The position numbers were made by a program, and so were the translations under genes. Below the pieces are notes generated by a model, which was not told the origin of the DNA, did not search any database, and saw only the letters and a program-made list of their open reading frames with translations. Shown piece after piece: positions 9,237-17,363 of a stretch of DNA of 64,000 nucleotides. Location of the stretch: positions 87,512 through 151,511 of the forward strand of contig CAYRXY010000002.1 in assembly GCA_964428495.1 (NCBI GenBank), in the 5' to 3' direction. Position 1 is the stretch's first letter; every line of letters begins with the position of its first letter. Source of the DNA: an uncultured archaeon (GTDB lineage Archaea > Aenigmatarchaeota > Aenigmatarchaeia > GW2011-AR5 > JAHLMP01).

Positions 9237-9536
9237 ATGAGTAACATGGTGCTACAAGATCCGATAGCCGATAAATATATAGAAATGATAGAAAAAGGAG
9301 ATATTTACCCTGAGTTTTTAAGAACAGTAACAGATTCATATGGAAGAGAAAAAACTATAGAAACTCTTAAAAAGGGTATACCTATAGCGATTGAAGAACT
9401 AGAGAACATTTTGAAGGAAAACAAAAACTTCTCTGAAAGAGAAATGTATGAGCAGTATCTTAAAGAATATAGAAAACTCTTAGAAGAAATAAACTCTGAA
9501 AAAAGTGAAATCACGTATCGAGGAATAAAAATCTAA
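9237..9536 (+). CDS. hypothetical helical protein
   Basis: 99-aa charged, helical ORF. No motif recognised. Confidence 0.4.
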   Translation: MSNMVLQDPIADKYIEMIEKGDIYPEFLRTVTDSYGREKTIETLKKGIPIAIEELENILKENKNFSEREMYEQYLKEYRKLLEEINSEKSEITYRGIKI

Positions 9537-9553
9537 GAAACGAAGCTTGAATT

Positions 9554-10114
9554 ATGGAAGGAAAGGAATATTATAGAAAGATCTTTCTTAGGAAGAGAGA
9601 CGAAATCCCTAAGGAAGAAAAGAAAATGCTTGACAATCAAATCTTTTATAACGTAACAAAACTAGATGGAGTTATACGATCAGAGACTGTTGCAAGTTAT
9701 GTCTCTAAGGACAATGAGGTAGATACACACAAGCTGATAAAATATTTTTTGAATGATGGTAAGAAGGTTCTCGTTCCTTACATTGAAGGAAAAAATATGT
9801 TTTTTTCGGAGGTATCCTGTTTGAAAGATTTAGAATTGGGTCATTTCAACATTCTTGAACCAAAAAACAAAAAACCGTCGAACATTTATGAGTCTGATAT
9901 GATCATCGTACCTGGTATAGTTTTTGACGATGATGGATATCGAATTGGCTACGGTGGTGGTTACTTCGATCGCGTTCTGTCAAGATTTAAAAAATCAAAG
10001 ATTGGGGTTGCATACGAAATCCAGATTCTTGAAGAGGTACCAAGAGAAGATCACGATGTTCCGGTTGACATAATCGTGACAGAGAAAAGAGTTATAAAGT
10101 GTGGGTACTCCTGA
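9554..10114 (+). CDS. 5-formyltetrahydrofolate cyclo-ligase
   Basis: 186 aa. IVPGIVFDDDGYRIGYGGGYFDR is the MTHFS signature. Confidence 0.8.
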   Translation: MEGKEYYRKIFLRKRDEIPKEEKKMLDNQIFYNVTKLDGVIRSETVASYVSKDNEVDTHKLIKYFLNDGKKVLVPYIEGKNMFFSEVSCLKDLELGHFNILEPKNKKPSNIYESDMIIVPGIVFDDDGYRIGYGGGYFDRVLSRFKKSKIGVAYEIQILEEVPREDHDVPVDIIVTEKRVIKCGYS

Positions 10115-10115
10115 C

Positions 10116-11267
10116 TTAATTTTTTCCTAATAAGTAAAACGCAATAACAGCCACAAAACTAACGAATGATCCATAAATGAAAACCATTGTTGGATTTATC
10201 TGCCATAGAAACCCTGCTATCAGACCGGATGGTAAAGCCATCAGACCTGTTACCGTGTGAAACGTTCCCAGAGCCGTAGCCCTAAGATATCCTGAGGATA
10301 AATCCGAAACATAAGCCCGCTGGTTACCATCTACTATGGCGTAAACGATACCATAGAGTGCAAATAAAATAACAAATGCTAATAAAGAGTTGAAAAACAC
10401 AAAACCAAGAGAAGTAATAGAAAACAGTGCATATCCAAATATAAGAACCTTTTTTCTTCCAATTCTATCGGACAGCCTACCGAACGGAATAGCAAATGAA
10501 GCGTAGAAAATGTTAAATAGTATATACAGAGCAATTGGCACAGCTATAGACAATCTTCCAGAAAAGATTTCCTGAGCACGAAGAATAAAGAACATGTAAC
10601 TAAAATTTGAAAGAGAGAACAGACCAGAAATTAAAATAAAATATTTAACAGATTTAGGAAGATTTTTTAAACTAATTTTCAAGTTTATCTTCCTTGGTCT
10701 TTCCCTTCTTTCCTTAACAAAATACAAGGGAATCAGGGATAGAAACGATAAAATTGCTGCTAGAAGTATAATCGATTTGAAACTGAACGCAAAATACCAA
10801 AATAGAAGAAACACTATAACAGATCCGACAATTGCACCAAGAGTATCCATTGCTCTATGAATCCCGAAACCACGACCTCTCTCCATTGGCATTGAATCTG
10901 CAATAATTGCATCCCTCGGTGCAGATCTTATTCCCTTGCCTATTCTCTCCAAACTGGAAAATAATAAAACATGCTGCCATATCTTCGAGAATGCTAAAAA
11001 TAACTTGAAAACCGCAGAAGTGAGATACCCAGAAGATACAAAAATCTTACGTTTTCCATATCTATCTGACCAGTAACCTGCAAAAACCTTCAGAATACTT
11101 GATATACTATCTCTCAAACCGCCAATAAGACCAACTATTAGTCCAGAGCCACCAAGAGCTGTAATAAACATCGGTAAGATCGGCATTATCATTTCACTAC
11201 TCAAGTCGTTGAGAAAACTGACTAGACCGAGAAGAATTATGTTTTTACTACCATTTTTTGATGCCAT
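10116..11267 (-). CDS. MFS transporter
   Basis: 383 aa with about 12 TM helices. MFS motif A appears in both halves: GYWSDRYGKRKI and GRLSDRIGRKKV. Confidence 0.8.
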   Translation of the reverse strand: MASKNGSKNIILLGLVSFLNDLSSEMIMPILPMFITALGGSGLIVGLIGGLRDSISSILKVFAGYWSDRYGKRKIFVSSGYLTSAVFKLFLAFSKIWQHVLLFSSLERIGKGIRSAPRDAIIADSMPMERGRGFGIHRAMDTLGAIVGSVIVFLLFWYFAFSFKSIILLAAILSFLSLIPLYFVKERRERPRKINLKISLKNLPKSVKYFILISGLFSLSNFSYMFFILRAQEIFSGRLSIAVPIALYILFNIFYASFAIPFGRLSDRIGRKKVLIFGYALFSITSLGFVFFNSLLAFVILFALYGIVYAIVDGNQRAYVSDLSSGYLRATALGTFHTVTGLMALPSGLIAGFLWQINPTMVFIYGSFVSFVAVIAFYLLGKN

Positions 11268-11797
11268 ATTAATAATTGTTGTAGGCTCTTATTTTAATGT
11301 TTTAGTCAATCGGTTCTGTTAACTGTTGTTGGTGAGATGAAAAAATAAAAAATTTGAACTTATGAGTTTGCTTTATCTGAAATAAATCTTGCCAACAAGT
11401 TCGTAGTTGCTAAGTTTTTTATGTTTTTCTTGCACAATCTAGTATGGAGAAGAAAGTTTAATATTTCGCATGTTAATCAGATTTATGAAGTTTCAGAACT
11501 ATTTTCGGTAAATTGGTGTTATATTCAATTTGCCCCCTCGCTAAAAAATGTTATTGTTGGGAAGTGCTCGCTTTAAAACAAACATTAAAATAATAGATTT
11601 AATACTAAATTTATGATGAAGATGGAAACTAAAACTGGAAACAAGTTATAGTTTTAATTGGTGGTATTTTGGTAGGCATTGTTACAGGCATTATAATAAC
11701 TGCACACTATTTTGGAAAGATGGAAAGAGCTTTCCCTGAATTTATTTTCGGTGGAGCTGCCATACTATGAAGATTTTATAAACTAGAAAAATATCAA

Positions 11798-12592
11798 TTG
11801 ATTATGATAAATTATAAACAATTATATGAAAGAGTTGGTTCTGTAATTGGTTGGGATTTTAGTAAAATTACGAAGAGAACAAAAGTTGTAGGTAAAAAAT
11901 GGGACTATATCAAAGTTGTCAAAAAATACATCAACAAAGAAACAATTTTATTAGATATAGGAACTGGAGGAGGAGAATTATTATTAAAAATTGTTCCCTT
12001 TGTTAAAAAAGCATATGGTATTGATCATTCTAGAAGTATGATAAAAACAGCAAGGAAAAATTTAGCAAAATCTAGAATATCAAATGTAGAATTTAAACTT
12101 GCTGACGCAAAAAGAATGCCTTTTTCTAAAGAATATTTTAACGTTGTAATTTGTAGACATTCGGATTTTTATCCTAAAGAAGTGTTTAGAATTTTAAAAC
12201 CAAATGGCATATTTATAACCCAACAAGTTGGAGAGAAAGATAAAGAAAATATAAAGAAGATTTTTAGAAGAGGTCAACATTTCGGAAAAAGAGTTGGTAC
12301 TTTAATGAAAAGATACCTTCAAGAACTTAAAAAAGCAGGATTTAAGATTTTAAAGAAAAGCACATATAATGCTTTAGAATATTATGCTAATATGGAAGAT
12401 TTAATATTTTTACTTAAAAATACACTGATTATCCCGGATTTTAATATTAAAAAAGATCAAAAATTTTTGGAAGAAATTGAAAGAAGATATAAAACAAAAA
12501 AAGGAATAAAAACCAACTCTTTCAGGTTTTTAATAATATGCAAAAAGCCACCCTGCAACTCTCCTCACCGCTTAAAAAAGAAAAGTTATTAA
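11798..12592 (+). CDS. class I SAM-dependent methyltransferase
   Basis: Motif I LLDIGTGGGE and post-I GIDHS. The gene is very AT-rich relative to its neighbours. Confidence 0.75.
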   Translation: MIMINYKQLYERVGSVIGWDFSKITKRTKVVGKKWDYIKVVKKYINKETILLDIGTGGGELLLKIVPFVKKAYGIDHSRSMIKTARKNLAKSRISNVEFKLADAKRMPFSKEYFNVVICRHSDFYPKEVFRILKPNGIFITQQVGEKDKENIKKIFRRGQHFGKRVGTLMKRYLQELKKAGFKILKKSTYNALEYYANMEDLIFLLKNTLIIPDFNIKKDQKFLEEIERRYKTKKGIKTNSFRFLIICKKPPCNSPHRLKKKSY

Positions 12593-12733
12593 ATAAAATC
12601 AATTTTAAGTGATATTATGGAAAAGGGAGCAAATTTTAACTGGCTAAAAAGAATTGCTAAAAATGAAAGAAGTAAGCAATGAGTTCAAAAAATTGAAAAG
12701 TGGCATAAACTTACTTTTGAAAAAGGAAAATTT

Positions 12734-13444
12734 TTGAAAAGTAAAAAGTTGTTTTCTGTTGATTTGGGAGAATACAAGGTTTGGTTTAGAAGATGTAATG
12801 CTTATTCTTCAGTTGATATTTATACAGAAATCTTTAAAGAAAACGATCACTTCTTAATTTCTGAATTTTCTGGAAAAGATGCAAATTTAGTAATTGATCT
12901 TGGAGCAAATGAAGGTTATTACACATTAAAACTTAAACAAAACAATCCTAAATGCAAAGTTATAGCTGTTGAACCTAACCCCTTAGCATTTGAAATTTTA
13001 GAAAAAAATATCAAGTCAAACAAACTATCGAATGTAATTTTAGTAAATAAAGCTGTTTGTAGTAAAAATGGAAAAATAACTTTTGAAATAGTTGAAAATG
13101 TTAGTGCTATTGGTGGAAAAGATTTAGGAATTATGAGCAGGTCTTGGCTTAAGAAAGAAATGGTAAAGAAAGTTAAAGTGGATTGTATAACTTTAAATAA
13201 ACTTTTGCAAAATTACAAAATTGATAGAGTTGATATATTAAAGCTTGATGTCGAGGGAATGGAGCTTGAGATTTTAAAGAGTAGCAAAAATTTGTTAAAT
13301 AAAATTCATAAAATTGTAGTGGAGTGGCATGGTAGAAAAATAAGAGATAATCTAAAGAAATTCCTGAAAGAAAATAAATTTAAACTTGTTTTTGAAGAAA
13401 AAAGAGAATGTGGTGATTTGTATTTTATTAATAAAAAGTTTTAA
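12734..13444 (+). CDS. FkbM-family methyltransferase
   Basis: VIDLGANEGYYT...AVEPNP...ILKLDVEGMELEIL is the FkbM (Methyltransf_21) pattern. It has a TTG start. An in-frame TGA lies 17 codons upstream. Confidence 0.7.
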   Translation: MKSKKLFSVDLGEYKVWFRRCNAYSSVDIYTEIFKENDHFLISEFSGKDANLVIDLGANEGYYTLKLKQNNPKCKVIAVEPNPLAFEILEKNIKSNKLSNVILVNKAVCSKNGKITFEIVENVSAIGGKDLGIMSRSWLKKEMVKKVKVDCITLNKLLQNYKIDRVDILKLDVEGMELEILKSSKNLLNKIHKIVVEWHGRKIRDNLKKFLKENKFKLVFEEKRECGDLYFINKKF

Positions 13445-13646
13445 TTCGTGATTCACTCCACCCAAATCCCGCAAAGCAGGGTTTCACATATCTCCAGAGC
13501 GTTATACCGACAATAGAATTGGTTTAACCAATAAGGGAAATGTCGAGCATTTCAATATCTGTCAGTGCTTCTCCCTATCGACCTTATCGTTTTCTTTCTC
13601 ATAGTGACATGTCAAAAATAAAAAGTTCTTATCACTATTCATTTTC

Positions 13647-14801
13647 ATGTATGATGTCATTGTTATTCACTACAGTGAGATCGGTTTGAAAGGAAAGAAT
13701 CGAGATTTTTTCGAGCAGGCTTTGATGAAGAACCTGAGAAAGTTGCTAGGAGAGAATGTAAAAAAAGTTTATAGAAGATACGGAAGAATAGTATCTGAGC
13801 TTTCAGAAAAATTCGATGCAGAAAAAGTAAAAAATACATTATCACTTACACCGGGCGTCTCTAATTTTGCATTTGCCAAAAAAGTGGTACTTGACACCGA
13901 AAAAATCAAAAAAGCATCAATTGAATTATTAAAACAGAAAAAATTTGAGACATTCAAAATTGAAGCAAGTAGATCAAACAAAAAATTTTCATTAACTTCG
14001 CGACAAATAAACGAAATCGTTGGCGAAACAGTTGTTGAAGGACTTGGAAAGGGGGTAGATCTAAAGAATCCAGACTTAACGGTCTACATTGAAATCTGTG
14101 AAAAAGAAGCGTTTACTTATACAGAAAAATACCATGGTATTGGAGGATTACCTGTTGGTACAAGTGGTAAGGTCATCGCATCACTTTCTGGTGGTATTGA
14201 CAGCCCTATTGCATCATTCTTGATGATGAAGCGTGGTTGCAACATTGTCTTTGTTCATATCTTCAATAAAACAATGGCCGGAAGGTCTGTATTGAAGAAA
14301 ATATACAAGATTGTTGATCGATTGTCAAAAATTCAATTAGGAGCAAAACTTTACATCGTACCGTTCGAAAAGATTCAAAAAGAGATCATCGCTAAAGTAC
14401 CTGCAAAGTACAGAATGATAGTTTACCGGAGGTTTATGATGAAGATTCTCAATGAAATTGCAAAAAAGGAAGGAGCAAAAGCAATTGTTACTGGAGATAA
14501 TTTAGGTCAGGTTGCATCGCAAACGTTGGAAAATCTCACCTGCATCTACGAGGCAGCCGACCTGCCTGTGTTGGCACCACTTATAGGAATGAACAAGGGA
14601 GAGACGATCGCGATAGCAAAGAAAATCGGTACTTATGAATACTCTATAATACCTTATCCCGATTGTTGTAGTTTCATAATAGCAAAACATCCTGAGACTA
14701 AAGCAAGACTAAAGGACGTCTTGGAAATGGAAAAGAAAATAGAAAATCCTTCTAAACTGACTAAAGAGTCGGTAGAGAAAAGTGAAGTAAAGAATTTTTA
14801 A
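13647..14801 (+). CDS. thiI: tRNA 4-thiouridine sulfurtransferase ThiI (THUMP + PP-loop, no rhodanese domain)
   Basis: IHYSEIGLKGKNR at the N-terminus and the PP-loop SLSGGIDSPIA, followed by VTGDNLGQVASQT. Confidence 0.85.
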   Translation: MYDVIVIHYSEIGLKGKNRDFFEQALMKNLRKLLGENVKKVYRRYGRIVSELSEKFDAEKVKNTLSLTPGVSNFAFAKKVVLDTEKIKKASIELLKQKKFETFKIEASRSNKKFSLTSRQINEIVGETVVEGLGKGVDLKNPDLTVYIEICEKEAFTYTEKYHGIGGLPVGTSGKVIASLSGGIDSPIASFLMMKRGCNIVFVHIFNKTMAGRSVLKKIYKIVDRLSKIQLGAKLYIVPFEKIQKEIIAKVPAKYRMIVYRRFMMKILNEIAKKEGAKAIVTGDNLGQVASQTLENLTCIYEAADLPVLAPLIGMNKGETIAIAKKIGTYEYSIIPYPDCCSFIIAKHPETKARLKDVLEMEKKIENPSKLTKESVEKSEVKNF

Positions 14802-14808
14802 AAGGAGT

Positions 14809-15219
14809 TTAAATACGTTTCACATATCTTTTAATATATTCGTCTACTCTAGATTTTAGAATTCTATATCTTTCTGGTGTTCTTGCCCTTTTTGATCCTT
14901 CGGAGTTCAATAAATAATTTCTATCTCTAATTTCATCAAAACAGATTTTTACATCTTTAGGAAATTGATCTCTAGTAAAATCAACCTCTCTTCCATCTGG
15001 AAGCATATTCCAGTAATGATGATAATGCCTACAATAGAGTAGTTTACCTCCAAAGTAGTCTTGTACAACCATTGTAGTAACAGCGCATTGCCCGAGAGAT
15101 GGTCTTTCGGGACTCCATTCATCCTGTAACGGCGGATAACATGTTTCCTTTGACCAAGAATTTTTCAACGCTTCTTCAAGTAACTTAAAATCAACCTCCA
15201 TAAAATAAATAATGACCAA
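14809..15219 (-). CDS. YunG-like conserved hypothetical protein
   Basis: NSWSKETCYPP...PSLGQCAVTTMVVQDYFGGKLL...DFTRDQF resembles the Bacillus YunG family (recalled from memory). Confidence 0.45.
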   Translation of the reverse strand: MVIIYFMEVDFKLLEEALKNSWSKETCYPPLQDEWSPERPSLGQCAVTTMVVQDYFGGKLLYCRHYHHYWNMLPDGREVDFTRDQFPKDVKICFDEIRDRNYLLNSEGSKRARTPERYRILKSRVDEYIKRYVKRI

Positions 15220-15230
15220 TTTTTTTATTT

Positions 15231-15446
15231 TTACCTTTTTGACCTAAAATAGTCATAGGCAGCGGCTATCGTAAAAATCGCTTGAAGTAGAATAAAAATT
15301 AAATTACCAAGATGTAAACTGTAAATTTCCAAAAATATACCACCGAAAATATAAAGAATGTCTTCAAAGATTCTCTTTTTTGTCACAACACCAGCAGTTA
15401 TTAAGACAAGACCTATTATTCCAGAAAATTCAAAAATATTTAACAT
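15231..15446 (-). CDS. small 3-TM membrane protein
   Basis: 71-aa hydrophobic ORF. Confidence 0.4.
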   Translation of the reverse strand: MLNIFEFSGIIGLVLITAGVVTKKRIFEDILYIFGGIFLEIYSLHLGNLIFILLQAIFTIAAAYDYFRSKR

Positions 15447-15494
15447 ACTTTATTGTATCTATTTTTTAATTTATAACCTTACATAATCTTTTCT

Positions 15495-16256
15495 ATGATT
15501 GATGTTCATTGTCATCTAGAACAGCCGGACTATGATAAGGACCGTGATGAGGTTATCAAAAACTGCAAACAGGAATTGAAAGCTGTAGTAACGTGTGCGG
15601 CACATCCAAAGAATTTTGATCCGACGATGAGTTTAGTTGAGAAGTATAAGAGTTTCGTCTTCGCTACAGTAAGTATCCATCCGATTTATATTAAGGAGAT
15701 AAGTGAGAAGGAAAAAGATAGATGGATCGATAAAGTAATCGAAAATAAGGACAAGATCGTTGGTATCGGTGAAATTGGTCTTGATTACTACTGGATTAAG
15801 GAAAAGGAATGGCAAGAAAGACAAAAAGGACTGTTCAAGGAATTAATCAATCTGGCAGTAAAGCTGAAAAAACCGATTGTTATTCATGCGAGAGAAGCAT
15901 ACGAAGATGTAATAAAGATTCTGGAAGATCACGTTCCACATTATCCTGTTGACTTGCACATGTTCGGAGAAAACAAACTTGCTTTCCACGTTCTGGAAAA
16001 CGGTTGGTTCATCTCTATGAACACAATTGTCCTCAGAAGTAAAAAGCACAAAAAGGTAGTTCGTGACATACCTTTAGAAAAATTGATGCTAGAAACCGAT
16101 TCACCGTGGCTCGGATTTGGAAAACGAAATACACCACTATCAATAAAACAAGTTGCTGAGAAGATTGCTGAAGTAAAGAAGCTTGGTTTCGAGGAGGTTT
16201 GGAGAAAATGTGGAGAGAATGCAATAGAATTCTTCAGATTACCTTTAAACATTTAG
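15495..16256 (+). CDS. TatD-family metal-dependent hydrolase
   Basis: MIDVHCHL (HxH), GEIGLDYY, VIHAREA and LETDSPW are TatD hallmark blocks. Confidence 0.85.
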   Translation: MIDVHCHLEQPDYDKDRDEVIKNCKQELKAVVTCAAHPKNFDPTMSLVEKYKSFVFATVSIHPIYIKEISEKEKDRWIDKVIENKDKIVGIGEIGLDYYWIKEKEWQERQKGLFKELINLAVKLKKPIVIHAREAYEDVIKILEDHVPHYPVDLHMFGENKLAFHVLENGWFISMNTIVLRSKKHKKVVRDIPLEKLMLETDSPWLGFGKRNTPLSIKQVAEKIAEVKKLGFEEVWRKCGENAIEFFRLPLNI

Positions 16257-17330
16257 TTTGTATCTCAAGAATCCTCCATAACCACCAAGTAGCTTAAATT
16301 GTTGACCTTCCCTTGTGTCCGTCGATATGGCTTCGAATCTTGTTCCGTAATTTTTACATTCCTCTTCTAAACTTTCTACGTTCGGTTCATCTTCACTGAC
16401 TAATAAAACCTCCACTGCCCCTTGCCTCAATGCTTTTAATGTTTGTTCCTTTCCGTAAACCACTTGTCCCCCTTTTTGTAATTCTGAAAAGAACTCTTTT
16501 AGAAGATTTTTTTCTTTAGTTACACTAGCTTCTTTTATATACTCTTGACCCCTCTCGATGGTCTCATGAAGACCGGGCTCACCAGTATAACTTGTATCAA
16601 CAACTCCAATAATCTTCTTCTTAATAGAATCAAAAAGGAAATTGCCTTTTAGAAATTCTTCTTTTATTGGACCTGGACCCGAGACCAAAATTCCTATTAT
16701 ATCTTTATTACCAAAAGTCTTGTTTGCAACTTCACCAACACGCTTAAACCAATCATGTTTAAGACCTTCACGAATTCGTGAAAATCTTGCAGCAGACTGA
16801 CCACCTGCTCTTGTCTTACCAGGAACTATCGACTCTAAATGAGCGGCCGTTTCTATCTTTTTACCTTTTAGCAATGCTATATCAGCTTCATTTTTATCTA
16901 GGCAAAGAATCCCATAAATTTCCTTTTCTTTCATCATTTCCTCTAATGGCTCCAGACGGAATACCTGATCGCACCAGTATAGCTTAACTGTAACTGGCTC
17001 CGGAGGTTCTATTGCCCATATTTCAATATCACTTTCACCCTCCCTCTCAGATACGTTTCCACAGAATACAGCAAGACCATTAGGAGGAGTTTGACGATAA
17101 AGCTGTAGATGTCTAATAATTCTTTCTAATGCACCTGTAACATTCTTTCTTACTTGCTTTGACTTTATATTTTCAGCAGTAGATTGTTCCTGCCTTATTT
17201 GATCAATAGCATCATGAATAGAATAACCACTAGGTATGTAGAAGCTAACAAGCTCCGTATGACGACCACGAATACTTTTCAAGTGTTTTACAATCTTCTT
17301 CAATTTTTGGTATGGATCCATTTGGACCAC
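16245..17330 (-). CDS. prf1: peptide chain release factor aRF1
   Basis: NIKS motif (TAENIKSKQV) and GGQ motif (RAGGQSAARF). At 361 aa it is short for the family. GTG at 17330; alternative ATG at 17321. Confidence 0.9.
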   Translation of the reverse strand: MVQMDPYQKLKKIVKHLKSIRGRHTELVSFYIPSGYSIHDAIDQIRQEQSTAENIKSKQVRKNVTGALERIIRHLQLYRQTPPNGLAVFCGNVSEREGESDIEIWAIEPPEPVTVKLYWCDQVFRLEPLEEMMKEKEIYGILCLDKNEADIALLKGKKIETAAHLESIVPGKTRAGGQSAARFSRIREGLKHDWFKRVGEVANKTFGNKDIIGILVSGPGPIKEEFLKGNFLFDSIKKKIIGVVDTSYTGEPGLHETIERGQEYIKEASVTKEKNLLKEFFSELQKGGQVVYGKEQTLKALRQGAVEVLLVSEDEPNVESLEEECKNYGTRFEAISTDTREGQQFKLLGGYGGFLRYKLNV

Positions 17331-17363
17331 CTTAGGAAAATTTAGAAACAGAATAATTTAAAA

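Noticed and set aside
12617-12733. In-frame TGA 17 codons upstream of the FkbM methyltransferase start, considered as possible stop-codon reassignment or selenocysteine
   Set aside because: TGA clearly terminates many well-conserved genes in this window (for example at 2516, 3174 and 28344). No SECIS-like context was seen, and the 236-aa product already contains the whole FkbM domain. Most likely this is a chance upstream mini-ORF or an N-terminal nonsense mutation.
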